A stretch of DNA of 52,385 nt. Source: Candidatus Eiseniibacteriota bacterium (GTDB lineage Bacteria > Eisenbacteria > RBG-16-71-46). The position numbers and the translations under genes were made by a program. The notes beneath the pieces are model-generated. The model was not told the origin of the DNA. It ran no database searches and was given only the letters and a program-made list of their open reading frames with translations. The stretch is taken from the NCBI GenBank assembly GCA_031364845.1, contig JANLWX010000115.1, forward strand, positions 1-52,385, given 5' to 3'. How positions within the stretch are numbered: position 1 is the stretch's first letter; each line of letters opens with the position of its first letter. This document shows positions 7,588-21,681 of this stretch, piece after piece.

Positions 7588-9393
7588 TCATGACTTCGAG
7601 AGCGCGAAGTTTCCGATGATCAATCCATCGAGTCCGTTGGAATAGAAACAGCGGACCGCTTCGAGCGGCGTGCAGATGATGGGTTCGCTGCGCACATTGA
7701 ACGACGTGTTCATCACGACCGGATGCCCGGTTCGCCGTCCCATCTCCGAGATCAGGCGGTGGAACAACGGGTTCACCTCCTGGCGGATCGTCTGCGGCCG
7801 CATGGTGCCGTCGACGTGCACGATCGCAGGCAGTTCCTGCACCGCGGAATCGGTCGAGCGGTACGCCACCGTCATGAACCCGGCTTCGTTCGGGTTCTCG
7901 ATGTAGCGATCCTGCGCCTCGATCGTCATCGACGGACAGAACGGCCGCCATGACTCGCGGTACTTCACCTCGGCGTTCACCTTTTCCTTGGCGCCGGGAA
8001 CCGTGAGATTGGCGAGGATCGAACGCCCGCCGAGCGCGCGCGCTCCGAATTCCATGCGGCCCTGGAACCACGCGATGATGTTGCCGCGCTCGAGCATCTC
8101 GGCGGCCGCAAGGCTCGGATCGTCGACTTCGCGGAACGAAACCTTGCAGCCCTCGAGCGCCGAGCGGATCTCGTCGTTCGTGAATCCCGGGCCGTAGTAG
8201 ACGTGGCTCAGCGGATTGCGCACGTTGTCGCCATGGCGCTGGGCCACGATCATCGCGGCACCGAGCGCGGTGCCCGAGTCGCTCGCGGCCGGCTGCACGA
8301 AGATGTTCTTGCAGCCGGAATGCCGCAGGATCTCGCCGTTCATCTTGCAGTTGAGCCCCACACCACCGGCGACGCACAGATTCTCCATCCCGTGCTCGCG
8401 CACCAGCCGCTGCGCCAGCATCACCGCCGCGCGCTCGAGCAGCTCCTGTGCGGCCCACGCGAAGTCGACATACGTGTCGAGCATGTACTTGCTCGTCATC
8501 TTGCCGTTGATCGGAATCTTCTCGCCGTAGGAGATCGGCGGCGCTTCGGGATCGACCGCGGTGATCAGCTTCACGAACTCATCGGTGTAGAGATGACCGA
8601 AGAAGTGACCGCCAAACTTCGTGTAGATCGGATCCACTTCGTAGGAATTCATTCCCACCTTCAGCACCTTGGAGAGCGGCTCGACCCACTTGTTGGTCTC
8701 GCGCCGCGCCTCGCCGAGTGCCGCGAGCCCCATCACCTTGCCCTCGTCGCGGTACGGAAGAAATCCCAGGTACTCCGTGGTCGCGGCGTAGAACCAGCCG
8801 AGCGAGTGCGGAATCTTGAACGTTTCGACCGGGCGGATCTGATCACCGTTGGCGACCCACAGCATGGTGGAGACGTTCTCGCCGCTGCCGTCGAGCGTCA
8901 GCACGCCGGCGCGATCGAAGCGGCTGCAGAAGTACGCGCTGTAGGCGTGCGCCATGTGATGGTCCACGAAGTCGATCGGCGGAATGCGCCCGGTGAGCCC
9001 CGCAGCGCGCAGACCCTGGCCGATGTGCGCGCGGATGCGATCGGGATGGAACTCGAGCACCGTCTCGAGTGCGGTCACGATCGAGCTGGACTCTTTGATC
9101 TCGTGGTGCGCCCGCGATTCGCGACCGCGATACTTGAGGTAGGTCCCGCCGAAATGCCGCAGCATCTCCCACGGATATTTGTTGGAGTTCCAGCCGAAGG
9201 CGATGCGATCGACGCCCGATAGCGGGAGGTTCGCCACCGACAGGCAGTAGGCGATCGCCTTGGTCGGGCACATGCCATCGCTGCCCTTGAGACGGGTGAA
9301 GCGCTCTTCTTCCCCGAACGCGATGATCTTGCCGTCCTGCAACAAGCAGGCGGCCGGATTTTCCCCAAACCCCATGATTCCCAACACGTTCAT
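7588..9393 (-). CDS. NodU/CmcH/TobZ-family carbamoyltransferase
   Basis: EEERFTRLK, metal-binding DHHMAHA, DGSGE, EGKVMGLAA, AGGVGLNC, PAASDSG, EFGARALGGRSIL, KYRESWRPF, VHVDGT.RPQT, NTSFN. Confidence 0.93.
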   Translation of the reverse strand: MNVLGIMGFGENPAACLLQDGKIIAFGEEERFTRLKGSDGMCPTKAIAYCLSVANLPLSGVDRIAFGWNSNKYPWEMLRHFGGTYLKYRGRESRAHHEIKESSSIVTALETVLEFHPDRIRAHIGQGLRAAGLTGRIPPIDFVDHHMAHAYSAYFCSRFDRAGVLTLDGSGENVSTMLWVANGDQIRPVETFKIPHSLGWFYAATTEYLGFLPYRDEGKVMGLAALGEARRETNKWVEPLSKVLKVGMNSYEVDPIYTKFGGHFFGHLYTDEFVKLITAVDPEAPPISYGEKIPINGKMTSKYMLDTYVDFAWAAQELLERAAVMLAQRLVREHGMENLCVAGGVGLNCKMNGEILRHSGCKNIFVQPAASDSGTALGAAMIVAQRHGDNVRNPLSHVYYGPGFTNDEIRSALEGCKVSFREVDDPSLAAAEMLERGNIIAWFQGRMEFGARALGGRSILANLTVPGAKEKVNAEVKYRESWRPFCPSMTIEAQDRYIENPNEAGFMTVAYRSTDSAVQELPAIVHVDGTMRPQTIRQEVNPLFHRLISEMGRRTGHPVVMNTSFNVRSEPIICTPLEAVRCFYSNGLDGLIIGNFALSKS

Positions 9394-9432
9394 ATGGTGG
9401 CTCCGTCCCGATGATTTATCGGCGCTCCGCGA

Positions 9433-10574
9433 TCAGTCCTTGAGAAGACCCGCGCCAATCACTTCCCCCGCCCTCACCGCTCCGACGAAGCGATCGAAGA
9501 TGTAACCCGAGTCGTGCGGCCCCGGACTCGCTTCGGGATGGAACTGAACCGCGATCACGCGGTGGTCGGGATGCGTGAAGCCCTCGAGGCTTCCGTCGTT
9601 GAGGTTCACGTGCGTCGCGATCGCGCCGAGCCGCTCCAGCGACCGCACTTCGACCGCGAATCCATGGTTCTGGCTCGTGATCTCGACGCGTCCTGCCGGA
9701 CGATTGAGCACCGGAACGTTGGCGCCGTGATGTCCGAAGCGCAGCTTGTAGGTGTCGGCGCCCATCGCGAGCGCCAGCATCTGGTGTCCGAGACACACGC
9801 CGAGGATCGGCACCTTCCCGAGCATTCCCTTGAGCGCCCCGATCGCATCGGTCACCGCGGCGGGATCACCCGGACCGTTGCCGACGACGACGCCGTCGGG
9901 CTCGAGGGCCAGGATCTGCTCCGCGGTCCAGTTCGCAGGCGTCACCGTCACGCGGCAACCGGCGCTCACCAGGCGGCGCAGGATGTTGTACTTGATGCCG
10001 CAATCCATCGCGACGATATGGCTCGATGACGGCTTCTTCACATCGGCGGCGTGGTCGTGTGTCCACGCCCGCTCGCTCCACGCGTAGGCTTCGGATACGG
10101 TGACTTCGGGCACGAGGTTGGCGCCCTCCATCGACGGCGAACCTGCCGCGAGCGACACCAGCGCCATGTCGTCCAGGATCTCGGTCGAGAGCACGCCGCG
10201 CAGCGCGCCCCGAATGCGGATGCGCCGCGTGAGCGCGCGCGTGTCGATGCCCGCGATACCGATCACATTGCGTTCGGCGAGGAATTCTTCGAGTGACGAT
10301 GTCGCGCGGTAGTTGCTCGGCCGCGGCGACAGTTCTTTGATGACGAAGCCCGACAGATACGGCTGTGACGACTCGAAGTCCTCGGGGTTCACGCCGTAGT
10401 TCCCGATCAGCGGGAACGTCATCGTGACGATCTGCCCGCAGTACGAGGGATCCGTGAAGATCTCCTGGTAACCGGTCATCGACGTGTTGAACACGACCTC
10501 GCCGGTGCGGGTTCCCGAGGCACCGAACGCCGTGCCCGTGAAGATCGTGCCGTCTTCGAGCGCGAGCTTGCAGA

Positions 10575-10578
<4 letters not shown>
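9433..10578 (-). CDS. carA: Carbamoyl-phosphate synthase small (glutaminase) subunit
   Basis: [37 protein letters not shown], catalytic [27 protein letters not shown]. Start overlaps the carB stop (ATGA). Confidence 0.97.
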
Positions 10579-14300
<3,722 letters not shown>

Positions 14301-14554
14301 GGGGGTTGAGGGCTCTCTATGAGGTGCGTGCGATGGACGGGGTCGCCGGAGCCGGTCAAGACCGGGCCCGCGACAGCGAATAATCGTCGAGTTCGGACCA
14401 CTTGAATATTCGGGTGGGCTGGGAGAATCGCAGGTGGATCGGTCGCGATCAAGGAGCGTTGTCCGGGGGCGGGGTGCTCGTTGGAAGAGCGCGGGGCGTG
14501 GGCGCCGACCCTTGCGCCTGGGTAGTGCTGGGCGCGGGTCGCCCTGCGATTGCG

Positions 14555-14563
14555 TGCTATGGT
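14555..14563 (+). promoter_or_regulatory. Extended -10 element, probable leaderless promoter
   Basis: TGcTATGGT lies 6 nt before ATG 14570, with no Shine-Dalgarno. Confidence 0.45.
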
Positions 14564-14569
14564 CCGCCC

Positions 14570-15517
14570 ATGACTCCTCCTGAGCTCCACGTCGTCTTTG
14601 GCGCCGGCCAGATCGGCCCCCATCTCGCGCGCCTGCTGCGTGACCGCGGCCACACCGTGCGCCTGGTGCGTCGCGCGGAGTCTCCCCCGCTCGATGGCAT
14701 CCCGGTGGTGAGCGGTGATGCGGGAGACGCGGCCTTCGCGACGTCGGCCACCGAGGGCGCGAGCGTGATCTACCACTGTATGAACCCGGCCTACGACACG
14801 CGCGTGTGGGCGGCCGATTTGCCGCGCATCGCGACCAGCCTGGCCGCGGCCGCGGGGCGCGCGAAGGCCAGGCTCGTGGTGCTCGACAATCTCTACATGC
14901 ACGGGCGGCCCAACGGTCCGATCAACGAGGGCACGCCGGCGTTTCCCACAAGCCGCAAGGGCGAGATCCGCGCGCAGGTCGCAGATTTGCTCATGGACCT
15001 GCACCGCAGCGGTGTGGCGCGCGTGGTGATGGGGCGCGCGTCCGACTTCTATGGGCCCGGAGGAACGCAGTCGCACTTCGGCGATTTCTTCTGGCCGCGC
15101 GTGCTGGCCGGCAAGTCGGCGCAGCTCGTGATGAACCCCGACTCGGTCCACACCTACCACTTCACGCGCGACGTCGCCGCGGGCCTCGCCGCACTCGGAG
15201 CGGCACCCGACGACGCGTATGGCCGCTGGTGGATGCTGCCGTGCGCATCGCCCGAGACCACACGGGACATGGTCGGACGGCTGTCGTTCTCACTCGGCCG
15301 CGACATCAAGGTCGAGCGTGTCCCCGGGCTCATGCTCGCGGCGATGGGACTGTTCTCTCCCATCGTGCGCGAACTGCGCGAGATGCTTCACCAATGGGAG
15401 ATCCCGTGGGTGTGCGACGACCGCCGGTTCCGCGCGCGTTTCGCATGTGCCGCGACGACGCTCGACGAGGGTGCGAAGCTCACCACCGCGTGGGCGAGAG
15501 AGCACTACAGAAGCTAG
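14570..15517 (+). CDS. NAD-dependent epimerase/dehydratase family (atypical SDR) protein
   Basis: Start reassigned to [16 protein letters not shown] (Rossmann GxGxxG). Also [23 protein letters not shown]. Confidence 0.85.
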   Translation: MTPPELHVVFGAGQIGPHLARLLRDRGHTVRLVRRAESPPLDGIPVVSGDAGDAAFATSATEGASVIYHCMNPAYDTRVWAADLPRIATSLAAAAGRAKARLVVLDNLYMHGRPNGPINEGTPAFPTSRKGEIRAQVADLLMDLHRSGVARVVMGRASDFYGPGGTQSHFGDFFWPRVLAGKSAQLVMNPDSVHTYHFTRDVAAGLAALGAAPDDAYGRWWMLPCASPETTRDMVGRLSFSLGRDIKVERVPGLMLAAMGLFSPIVRELREMLHQWEIPWVCDDRRFRARFACAATTLDEGAKLTTAWAREHYRS

Positions 15518-15588
15518 CGCGATGTCTGCGCGGACCATGCACCGAGTGCGTTTCGACGCCCCCGGGTCGCCGAGGCTGCCGCGGCCCG

Positions 15589-16497
15589 TCACTTCCCGCT
15601 GAACACAGACTCGTGCGCCGCGTTCGCGATCGCGATCACGGCCGGATGGCTGAGGCGGCGCTCGGCGGAGATCGCGTAGAACCTCTGGCGAATCGCGCTC
15701 GCCCGCCCGACGACCCGCAGCCGGTAGCGCTTGATCACTTCCGCTTCCATGATCGAGGGCCCGGCGAACATACCCATGCCGGCCTCGCCGAGCGCTTTGG
15801 CCAGCGCGCTGTCGTCGATCTCGCCGACGATGCGCGGGCGCAACTCTTCCACTTGGAACCAGTCCTCCAGTGAGCGCCGCAGCGTTGCATTGCGGGCCGG
15901 GAGCAGGAACGGGGCGCCGTCGAGGAAACGTGGGAACTTCCCTGTGAGCCGCGCCGCCGCCCGCGTGCCCGCGAAGAAGCTCGTGCCACATTCCCCGAGC
16001 ATGTGGCTGAACAGCTTGACCGAGAGATCCTTGCCCGCGGGTGCGTCGGCGAGCACGAGATCCACGTGGTGGACGGCGAGTTCCGCGAGAAAGCCCTCGA
16101 GCGAGCGATCCTCGCGGCATACGAGGTGCACGGGCTCCTCGAGGCGCAGCGCGGGCTCGAGGAGCCGGTGGACGATCGCCTTGGGCAGCACGTTGGTGAC
16201 ACCCACGACGAGACGGTGCGGACGTCCGGTGCCTTGGCCCCGGATGGTCTCGACGAACTCGCGGCCGAGCGTGAAGATCTCATCGGCATAGCGAAAGGCG
16301 ACGTGCCCGACCTCGGTGAGCACCAGGCGGCGGCCTTCGTGCCGGAACAGCTTTTCACCGAGCGCCTCTTCGAGCCGCCGGATCTGGCCGCTGATGGTCG
16401 GCTGCGCGAGCCTGAGCGTCTTGCCGGCGCGCGCGATGCTGCCTTCACGGGCGACCATCCAGAAATAGAGGAAGTGATGATAGTTGAGCCATTCCAT
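15589..16497 (-). CDS. nhaR: LysR-family transcriptional activator NhaR-like
   Basis: MEWLNYHHFLYFWMVAREGSIARA...QPTISGQIR.LE is the NhaR-type HTH start. C-terminal EIDDSALAKA.G...FYAISAERRLSHPAV. Confidence 0.88.
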   Translation of the reverse strand: MEWLNYHHFLYFWMVAREGSIARAGKTLRLAQPTISGQIRRLEEALGEKLFRHEGRRLVLTEVGHVAFRYADEIFTLGREFVETIRGQGTGRPHRLVVGVTNVLPKAIVHRLLEPALRLEEPVHLVCREDRSLEGFLAELAVHHVDLVLADAPAGKDLSVKLFSHMLGECGTSFFAGTRAAARLTGKFPRFLDGAPFLLPARNATLRRSLEDWFQVEELRPRIVGEIDDSALAKALGEAGMGMFAGPSIMEAEVIKRYRLRVVGRASAIRQRFYAISAERRLSHPAVIAIANAAHESVFSGK

Positions 16498-16511
16498 GGC
16501 CTCACCCTACC

Positions 16512-16546
16512 TCGTTTTTTACGATGGATCACGTCGAAACTTCCTT
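16512..16546. promoter_or_regulatory. LysR T-N11-A operator in the divergent nhaR promoter region
   Basis: Dyad TCGT-TTTTT-ACGA (16512-16524), followed by a degenerate TCGAAACTTCCTT (16534-16546), in an AT-rich patch. Confidence 0.6.
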
Positions 16547-16666
16547 ATTTTGCTCAGGACGAATCGCCCCGATCCTGCTTGCAGTGGATGCGGAGGATTT
16601 CAACACGATCAACGTGTCGCATCCCAGGCACAACGCATCTCCCAAGGGCCGCAGGAAGGAAGCATC

Positions 16667-17842
16667 ATGCGAACGCTGCAAAGACCCGCACCGACGGCGA
16701 TCGAGCTTGCCGACCTCCAGGCGCACATCCGCAACCTCATCACCTTGGAGGAGACGGCCGCGCCGGTCTTGAGTTGCTACGTGAATCTGGACCGCGCCGA
16801 GCAACGCCACGCCTCGTTCCTCGACCAGAGCTTCTGGACCCTCCGCAGAACACTGAACCCCGGAGAGAAGGAGGCTCTCGAGAGCGCCATCGAAAACATC
16901 ACGGCGTTCCTTGGGCGGGAGCATTCCCCGACCACAAAGGGTATCGCCGTGTTTTCTCGCGGAGGAGAACGACCGTTCTTTCTCGCGCTCCAGTTCGCGG
17001 TGCCTGTGAACAATCGCGTCTCCATCGACTCAACTCCGAACATCCATCAACTGGTCGAGCTCAAGGATGCCTACCACCGCTATGTCGTGATGATCTCGAC
17101 GACCGAGAGCGTGCGAATCCTCGAGGTCAACCTCGGGGCGATCACGCGCGATCTGTGGACCGCCCGCCCCGAACTGAGGGACCGCGTCGGGAAGGAGTGG
17201 GCACGAGACCACTACCAGGCCCACCGCCGCGATCGTGGCGATCGTTTTTTTGCGGAGAAGATCGCGGTGCTCGACCGGCTGATGTCGTCCGGCGGGCACA
17301 CGCATCTCATTCTTGCCGGAACCCCGGCAGTTGTCGCGCGCGTGAGATCGAGCCTGCCCAAGCACCTCTCGGCGAAAGTCATCGATACCGTGCCGGAGTC
17401 CAAGAGTGGCTCTGGAATCGATGTCGTCGAGGCGACCTTGTCGAGATTCATCGCGCGCGAACAACAAGAGTCGCTGATGTCCATGGTGCAGCTTGTCGGC
17501 CAATTGCGCAGAGGGGGGCTTGCGGTGGCGGGAACGGCGCCGACGCTCGAAGCGCTCGAACGCAACCAGGTGGATGTTCTGGTGATGGCGGACACATACC
17601 GCGCGCCGCGCGGATTTCAATGCAAGTCGTGCAGCAGGATCGATATCAAGGAAGGGCGGGCCGGAAAGTGCTCACGATGCGACTCCACGGACCTCCGGCT
17701 GATCGAGATCAAGGAGGCGATCATCAAGCAGGCTGAACGGACCGGCGCCGAGATCGAATTTGTCGAGGATGCCGACATGCTCATGGCGCTTGGCGGTGTG
17801 GGTTGCCTGTTGCGCTATCTTGCACCGGACCAGATGGCCTAG
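16667..17842 (+). CDS. Bacterial aeRF1-like (baeRF/Vms1-related) protein with zinc ribbon, no GGQ
   Basis: Start ATG 16667 after AGGAAGGA. eRF1-like layout: LSCYVN, KGIAVFS, HLILAG, GGLAVAG...TLEALERNQVDVLVM, CKSC...CSRC, AERTGAEIEFV...LGGVGCLLRY. Confidence 0.8.
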   Translation: MRTLQRPAPTAIELADLQAHIRNLITLEETAAPVLSCYVNLDRAEQRHASFLDQSFWTLRRTLNPGEKEALESAIENITAFLGREHSPTTKGIAVFSRGGERPFFLALQFAVPVNNRVSIDSTPNIHQLVELKDAYHRYVVMISTTESVRILEVNLGAITRDLWTARPELRDRVGKEWARDHYQAHRRDRGDRFFAEKIAVLDRLMSSGGHTHLILAGTPAVVARVRSSLPKHLSAKVIDTVPESKSGSGIDVVEATLSRFIAREQQESLMSMVQLVGQLRRGGLAVAGTAPTLEALERNQVDVLVMADTYRAPRGFQCKSCSRIDIKEGRAGKCSRCDSTDLRLIEIKEAIIKQAERTGAEIEFVEDADMLMALGGVGCLLRYLAPDQMA

Positions 17843-17908
17843 TTCACTCATCCACGATCACGTGGCCGCGCCCAGGGCACCCTGCGCTGGCGCGGTCCAC
17901 GCGGTCTT

Positions 17909-18871
17909 TTGATCGCTCCGGAGATCCCCTTGCCAATCGAGAGCATCGGCTCACCACTGCTGTGGACCGGATTCATCGTCTTCATCGTCGCCATGCTGGC
18001 GCTCGATCTGGGAGTCTTGCATCGCGCCGCGCACAAAGTCGCGTTCCGCGAGGCGGTGACCTGGAGCGTGGTCTGGATCGGTCTGGCGCTCGCCTTCAAC
18101 GGATGGATCTACGCCGCGTTCGGCCCGCAACTCGCCATGGAGTTCCTGACCGGCTATCTGATCGAGAAGGCATTGTCGGTGGACAACGTCTTCGTGTTCC
18201 TCATCATCTTCTCGACGTTCGCGGTGCCCGAGCAGTATCAGCATCGCGTGCTGTTCTGGGGCGTTCTGGGCGCGCTCCTGATGCGGGCGGTCTTCATCTT
18301 CGCGGGAACGGCGGTACTGGAGGCCTTCCACGGCACGATCTACATTTTCGGCGGCATCCTGCTGATCACAGGCGTGAAGCTGTTGCTGCAGCGGGATCAC
18401 GAGGAGCATCCGGAACGCAATCCGCTGTTCCGCCTGTTCCAGCGACTGGTGCCCTCGACCTCGCAATACGACGGCCAGCGTTTCTTCACGCGGATCGACG
18501 GCCGGCGGCTCGCGACGCCGCTGTTCGCGGTGCTGGTGCTGATCGAGGTCTCCGACCTCGTGTTCGCCGTGGATTCGATCCCCGCGATCTTCGCCGTCAC
18601 GCGGGATCCGTTCATCGTGTTCACGTCGAACATCTTCGCGATTCTCGGTCTGCGCGCGCTCTACTTCTGCATCTCGGGCTTCGTCTCGCGCCTGCGCTAT
18701 CTGAAGGTCGGGCTCGCGCTGGTGTTGATCTTCGTCTCGTTCAAAATGCTGGTCTCGGAGTTCTACAAGATCCCGATCGGCATCTCGCTCGCGGTCGTGT
18801 TCCTGCTGTTGGCGGGGTCCACGGTTGCGTCGATGATCCCGAAGAAGGGCGGCGATGTCGCGCTGCCCTGA
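17909..18871 (+). CDS. TerC/Alx family metal (Mn) homeostasis membrane protein
   Basis: LALDLG, GYLIEKALSVDNVFVF, QHRVLFWGVLGAL, DLVFAVDSIPAIFAVT.DPFIVFTSNIFAILGLRALYF. TTG start is uncertain. Confidence 0.93.
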   Translation: MIAPEIPLPIESIGSPLLWTGFIVFIVAMLALDLGVLHRAAHKVAFREAVTWSVVWIGLALAFNGWIYAAFGPQLAMEFLTGYLIEKALSVDNVFVFLIIFSTFAVPEQYQHRVLFWGVLGALLMRAVFIFAGTAVLEAFHGTIYIFGGILLITGVKLLLQRDHEEHPERNPLFRLFQRLVPSTSQYDGQRFFTRIDGRRLATPLFAVLVLIEVSDLVFAVDSIPAIFAVTRDPFIVFTSNIFAILGLRALYFCISGFVSRLRYLKVGLALVLIFVSFKMLVSEFYKIPIGISLAVVFLLLAGSTVASMIPKKGGDVALP

Positions 18872-18885
18872 AGACTGCCGGGCGT

Positions 18886-20154
18886 TCACGCCGCGGGCGG
18901 CGTGCGCTCCTCCCACACCCGCGCGAGATGGACGATGACTTCGACCGCCTTCTCCATGTCCTGCACCGAGACCCACTCGAAGCGCGAATGGAAGCTCTGC
19001 TCGCCCGCGAAAATGTTGGGCGTCGGCAGCCCCATGAAGCTCAACCGTGAACCGTCGGTGCCACCGCGGATCGCGCTCTCGCGCACTTCGAGCCCCGCGC
19101 GCCGAATCGCTTCGCGCGCGTAGTCGGCGATCTGCGGATGGTGGTCGAGCACTTCTTTCATATTGCGGTACGACTCCTCGACCTTGAACGTCACCGTCAC
19201 GCCGGGCCATGAGGCCGCGGTCTCGCGCGCGAGTTCCTCGAGGAATACTTCCTTCTCTTTGAGTCCCGAGGTCGCGAAGTCGCGGATCAGAAAGCGCACC
19301 GCCGTCTGATCGACCGAGGCGTGGACCACGTACGGATGGACGAATCCATCACGTCCCGCGGTGGTTTCGGGCGACATGCGGTCCTTGGGCAGCCGGTCGA
19401 TGAAGTCGGCGGCGACCTTGATCGAGTTCACCATCTTGCCTTTCGCGAAGCCGGGATGCGTGTTCACGCCCTGGAACGTCACGATCATCGCGTCGGCCGA
19501 GAACGTCTCGGTCTCCAGTTCGCCGCGCCCACTGCCGTCCATCGTGTAGCCGCAGAACGCGCCAAACTTCTTCACGTCGAAGTGCGTGGTGCCGCCGCCG
19601 ACTTCCTCGTCGGGCGTAAAGCCAATGCGGATCGCACCGTGCGGGATCTCGGGATGCTTCATCAGATACTCCGCCGCCGCGACGATCTCGGCCACACCCG
19701 CTTTGTTGTCGGCCCCAAGCAGCGTGGTGCCGGAGGCTGTGATGATGTCGTTGCCGATCTGCTCGGCCAGCGCCGGGCAGTCCGCGCGCCGGATGATCGC
19801 AATCGGATCGTCGGGCAGCACGATGTCGTGGCCCTGGTAATTGCGATGGACGATCGGCTTCACGTTGAGCCCGCTCATCTCGGGCGACGTGTCGACATGC
19901 GCGAGAAATCCGATCACCGGAACACCCGGCTTCTTCGTGGTCGCGGGAATCGTCGCCATCACGTAACCGTGCTCATCGCGCGCCGCGTCCACGAGCCCGA
20001 TCGCCTTGAGCTCGGTGACGAGCTGATCGAGCAGCACGAGCTGCTTGAGCGTGCTGGGATAGGTGCTCGAGCCCTCGGCAGACTGAGTGTCGATGGTGAC
20101 GTAGTTGAGAAAGCGCTCGACGACGCTGGTGGCGAGGATCGTGGTCTCGGGCAT
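18886..20154 (-). CDS. pepT: Peptidase T (M20B tripeptidase)
   Basis: ERFLNYVTIDTQS, AHVDTSP, GTTLLGADNKAG, FTPDEEVG, HPGFAKGKMVN, IRGGTDG, GLPTPNIFAG. Confidence 0.95.
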   Translation of the reverse strand: MPETTILATSVVERFLNYVTIDTQSAEGSSTYPSTLKQLVLLDQLVTELKAIGLVDAARDEHGYVMATIPATTKKPGVPVIGFLAHVDTSPEMSGLNVKPIVHRNYQGHDIVLPDDPIAIIRRADCPALAEQIGNDIITASGTTLLGADNKAGVAEIVAAAEYLMKHPEIPHGAIRIGFTPDEEVGGGTTHFDVKKFGAFCGYTMDGSGRGELETETFSADAMIVTFQGVNTHPGFAKGKMVNSIKVAADFIDRLPKDRMSPETTAGRDGFVHPYVVHASVDQTAVRFLIRDFATSGLKEKEVFLEELARETAASWPGVTVTFKVEESYRNMKEVLDHHPQIADYAREAIRRAGLEVRESAIRGGTDGSRLSFMGLPTPNIFAGEQSFHSRFEWVSVQDMEKAVEVIVHLARVWEERTPPAA

Positions 20155-20205
20155 GGCGGACTCCGGATTTTCGAGGGTCGCTGAGGAACGGGATTCGGGC
20201 GGAGT

Positions 20206-21273
20206 CTATCGAAGAGTACCGGTGGACGAAACCGGGGGCTGCGAGAATCCGGAGCGGCGCGTGACCGCCTGCTGCAATCCGTAGGTACGCCCCCGCGAAC
20301 CGATGAACTTCAACGCGGCGTGAAGGCGTTGCTCCATCGGTGCGTCCGTAATTTCCCGACTATGCATGCCGTCGACGGTCGCTTCGACGCCACGCGCGAC
20401 TTCGAGGACGTGATCGAACTCGAGTCGTGATCGTTCCGGACAGCGCGCGCCGGACTCACTCACGAATCCGCACTGGCCACCGTCGCGCTCCCATACGGCG
20501 CGCTTCACGCGTGAGGGAATGTAGCGCGGGTCCGAACTCGAGCTCTTGCGACCAGCTCGCGGGCGAGAGGTCGCCGCGAATTTGGTCTTCTCGAGTTCGG
20601 TGACGAGTGCACGTAGGGCCCGGTCGAATACTGCCGCAACGTCACCCGAAGGAATCTGATGCCCCAGAAGGGCCTGCGCGTAGCGAAGTGCCTCGTAGGC
20701 TTCCTGGCCCAGAGTAAATTGGACCGAGTATCGCTCGGGCGCGAGAGGAGTCACTCTCGGACGTGGCACTTCAACTGGCCCCGGGGCCAGTTGATCTGCG
20801 GATGCTGAATCGGAAAGCAGCGATGGCGGCGGCGGCGCAACCGGAGTGAGCCGAGTCGGCGCGTCCTCGCGCGGGAAGCGCTGCGCCAGCATTGCTTCGA
20901 TCTCAGCCTTGGTCTTGCGAGCTGCTGCCGCCAGCAGTTCGTCCGCGTTTTCCGGAGTCATGCGTGTCGCCAGCAGGGCCGCACCGCTGAGATGGATCCG
21001 CCCATCGGCAACGGCATCGAGCAGGATCGGGCACTAACGAGCCTTGCGCGCCACCCGAATCCGCTTGTTTGCCGCGTCCTCCGACAGGCCGAGCACGTGC
21101 ACACAATACGAATGCATCGAAGCATGCGCGGCCGGCACAAACAGCCTGCGTGCATCGACCTCGCCGAGGTGCGCGAGCAGGTCGGCGGTGGCCGCAGAGT
21201 TCTTCGCGACATGTGAAGCGAGATCGCGCAGCAACGCCTGATTGTCGAGATGGGACAGTGTGTAGCGAGTCAT
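20206..21273 (-). pseudogene. DUF222/HNH endonuclease-type gene, disrupted
   Basis: MTRYTLSHL...LLAHLGEVDARRL...KRIRVARKAR, then in-frame TAG (21034-21036), then the same frame continues CPILLDAVADGRIHLSG...RYIPSRVKRAVWERDGGQC...C...LEFDH. The expected final LxCxxHN is missing. Confidence 0.8.
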
Positions 21274-21681
21274 GATTCCCCCGCGCATGCGAGCGCAATA
21301 TCCGGTCGCGGGGGCGATGAATGACGCATGATTCTATCGCGAGGTATTTCGAAGCTCTGCGCTACGCGCATGACGCACCGAGGGGTGCACCGCGAAAGTT
21401 TTGGCCTCCGCGCCAAACGATCACGCCTGCGCGAGTACTGGGCACGATGCCGCCGAGGCACAGAGCGGGTGGCGAACTCGCGCAGGTTCGTCGCGCGAAG
21501 GCGTCAAGGGGAAAGTGAAAAAACAGGTCATCAGTGACCTCGCGGCCTGCGAGTTCGTCAAACTCCAGCCGTCGCGCTCACCAACCCGCCTCGCACCAAC
21601 CCGCCGCCCATTTGCACACACCCCACCACCTCGCCACACTGCGCCGTTCCGGTTGCCGACCGAATCCGCGGGGACCCTCAC

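Noticed and set aside
17843..17908. yybP-ykoY Mn riboswitch before the terC gene
   Set aside because: The gap is only about 66 bp and I could not recognise the conserved aptamer motifs; cmscan would settle it.
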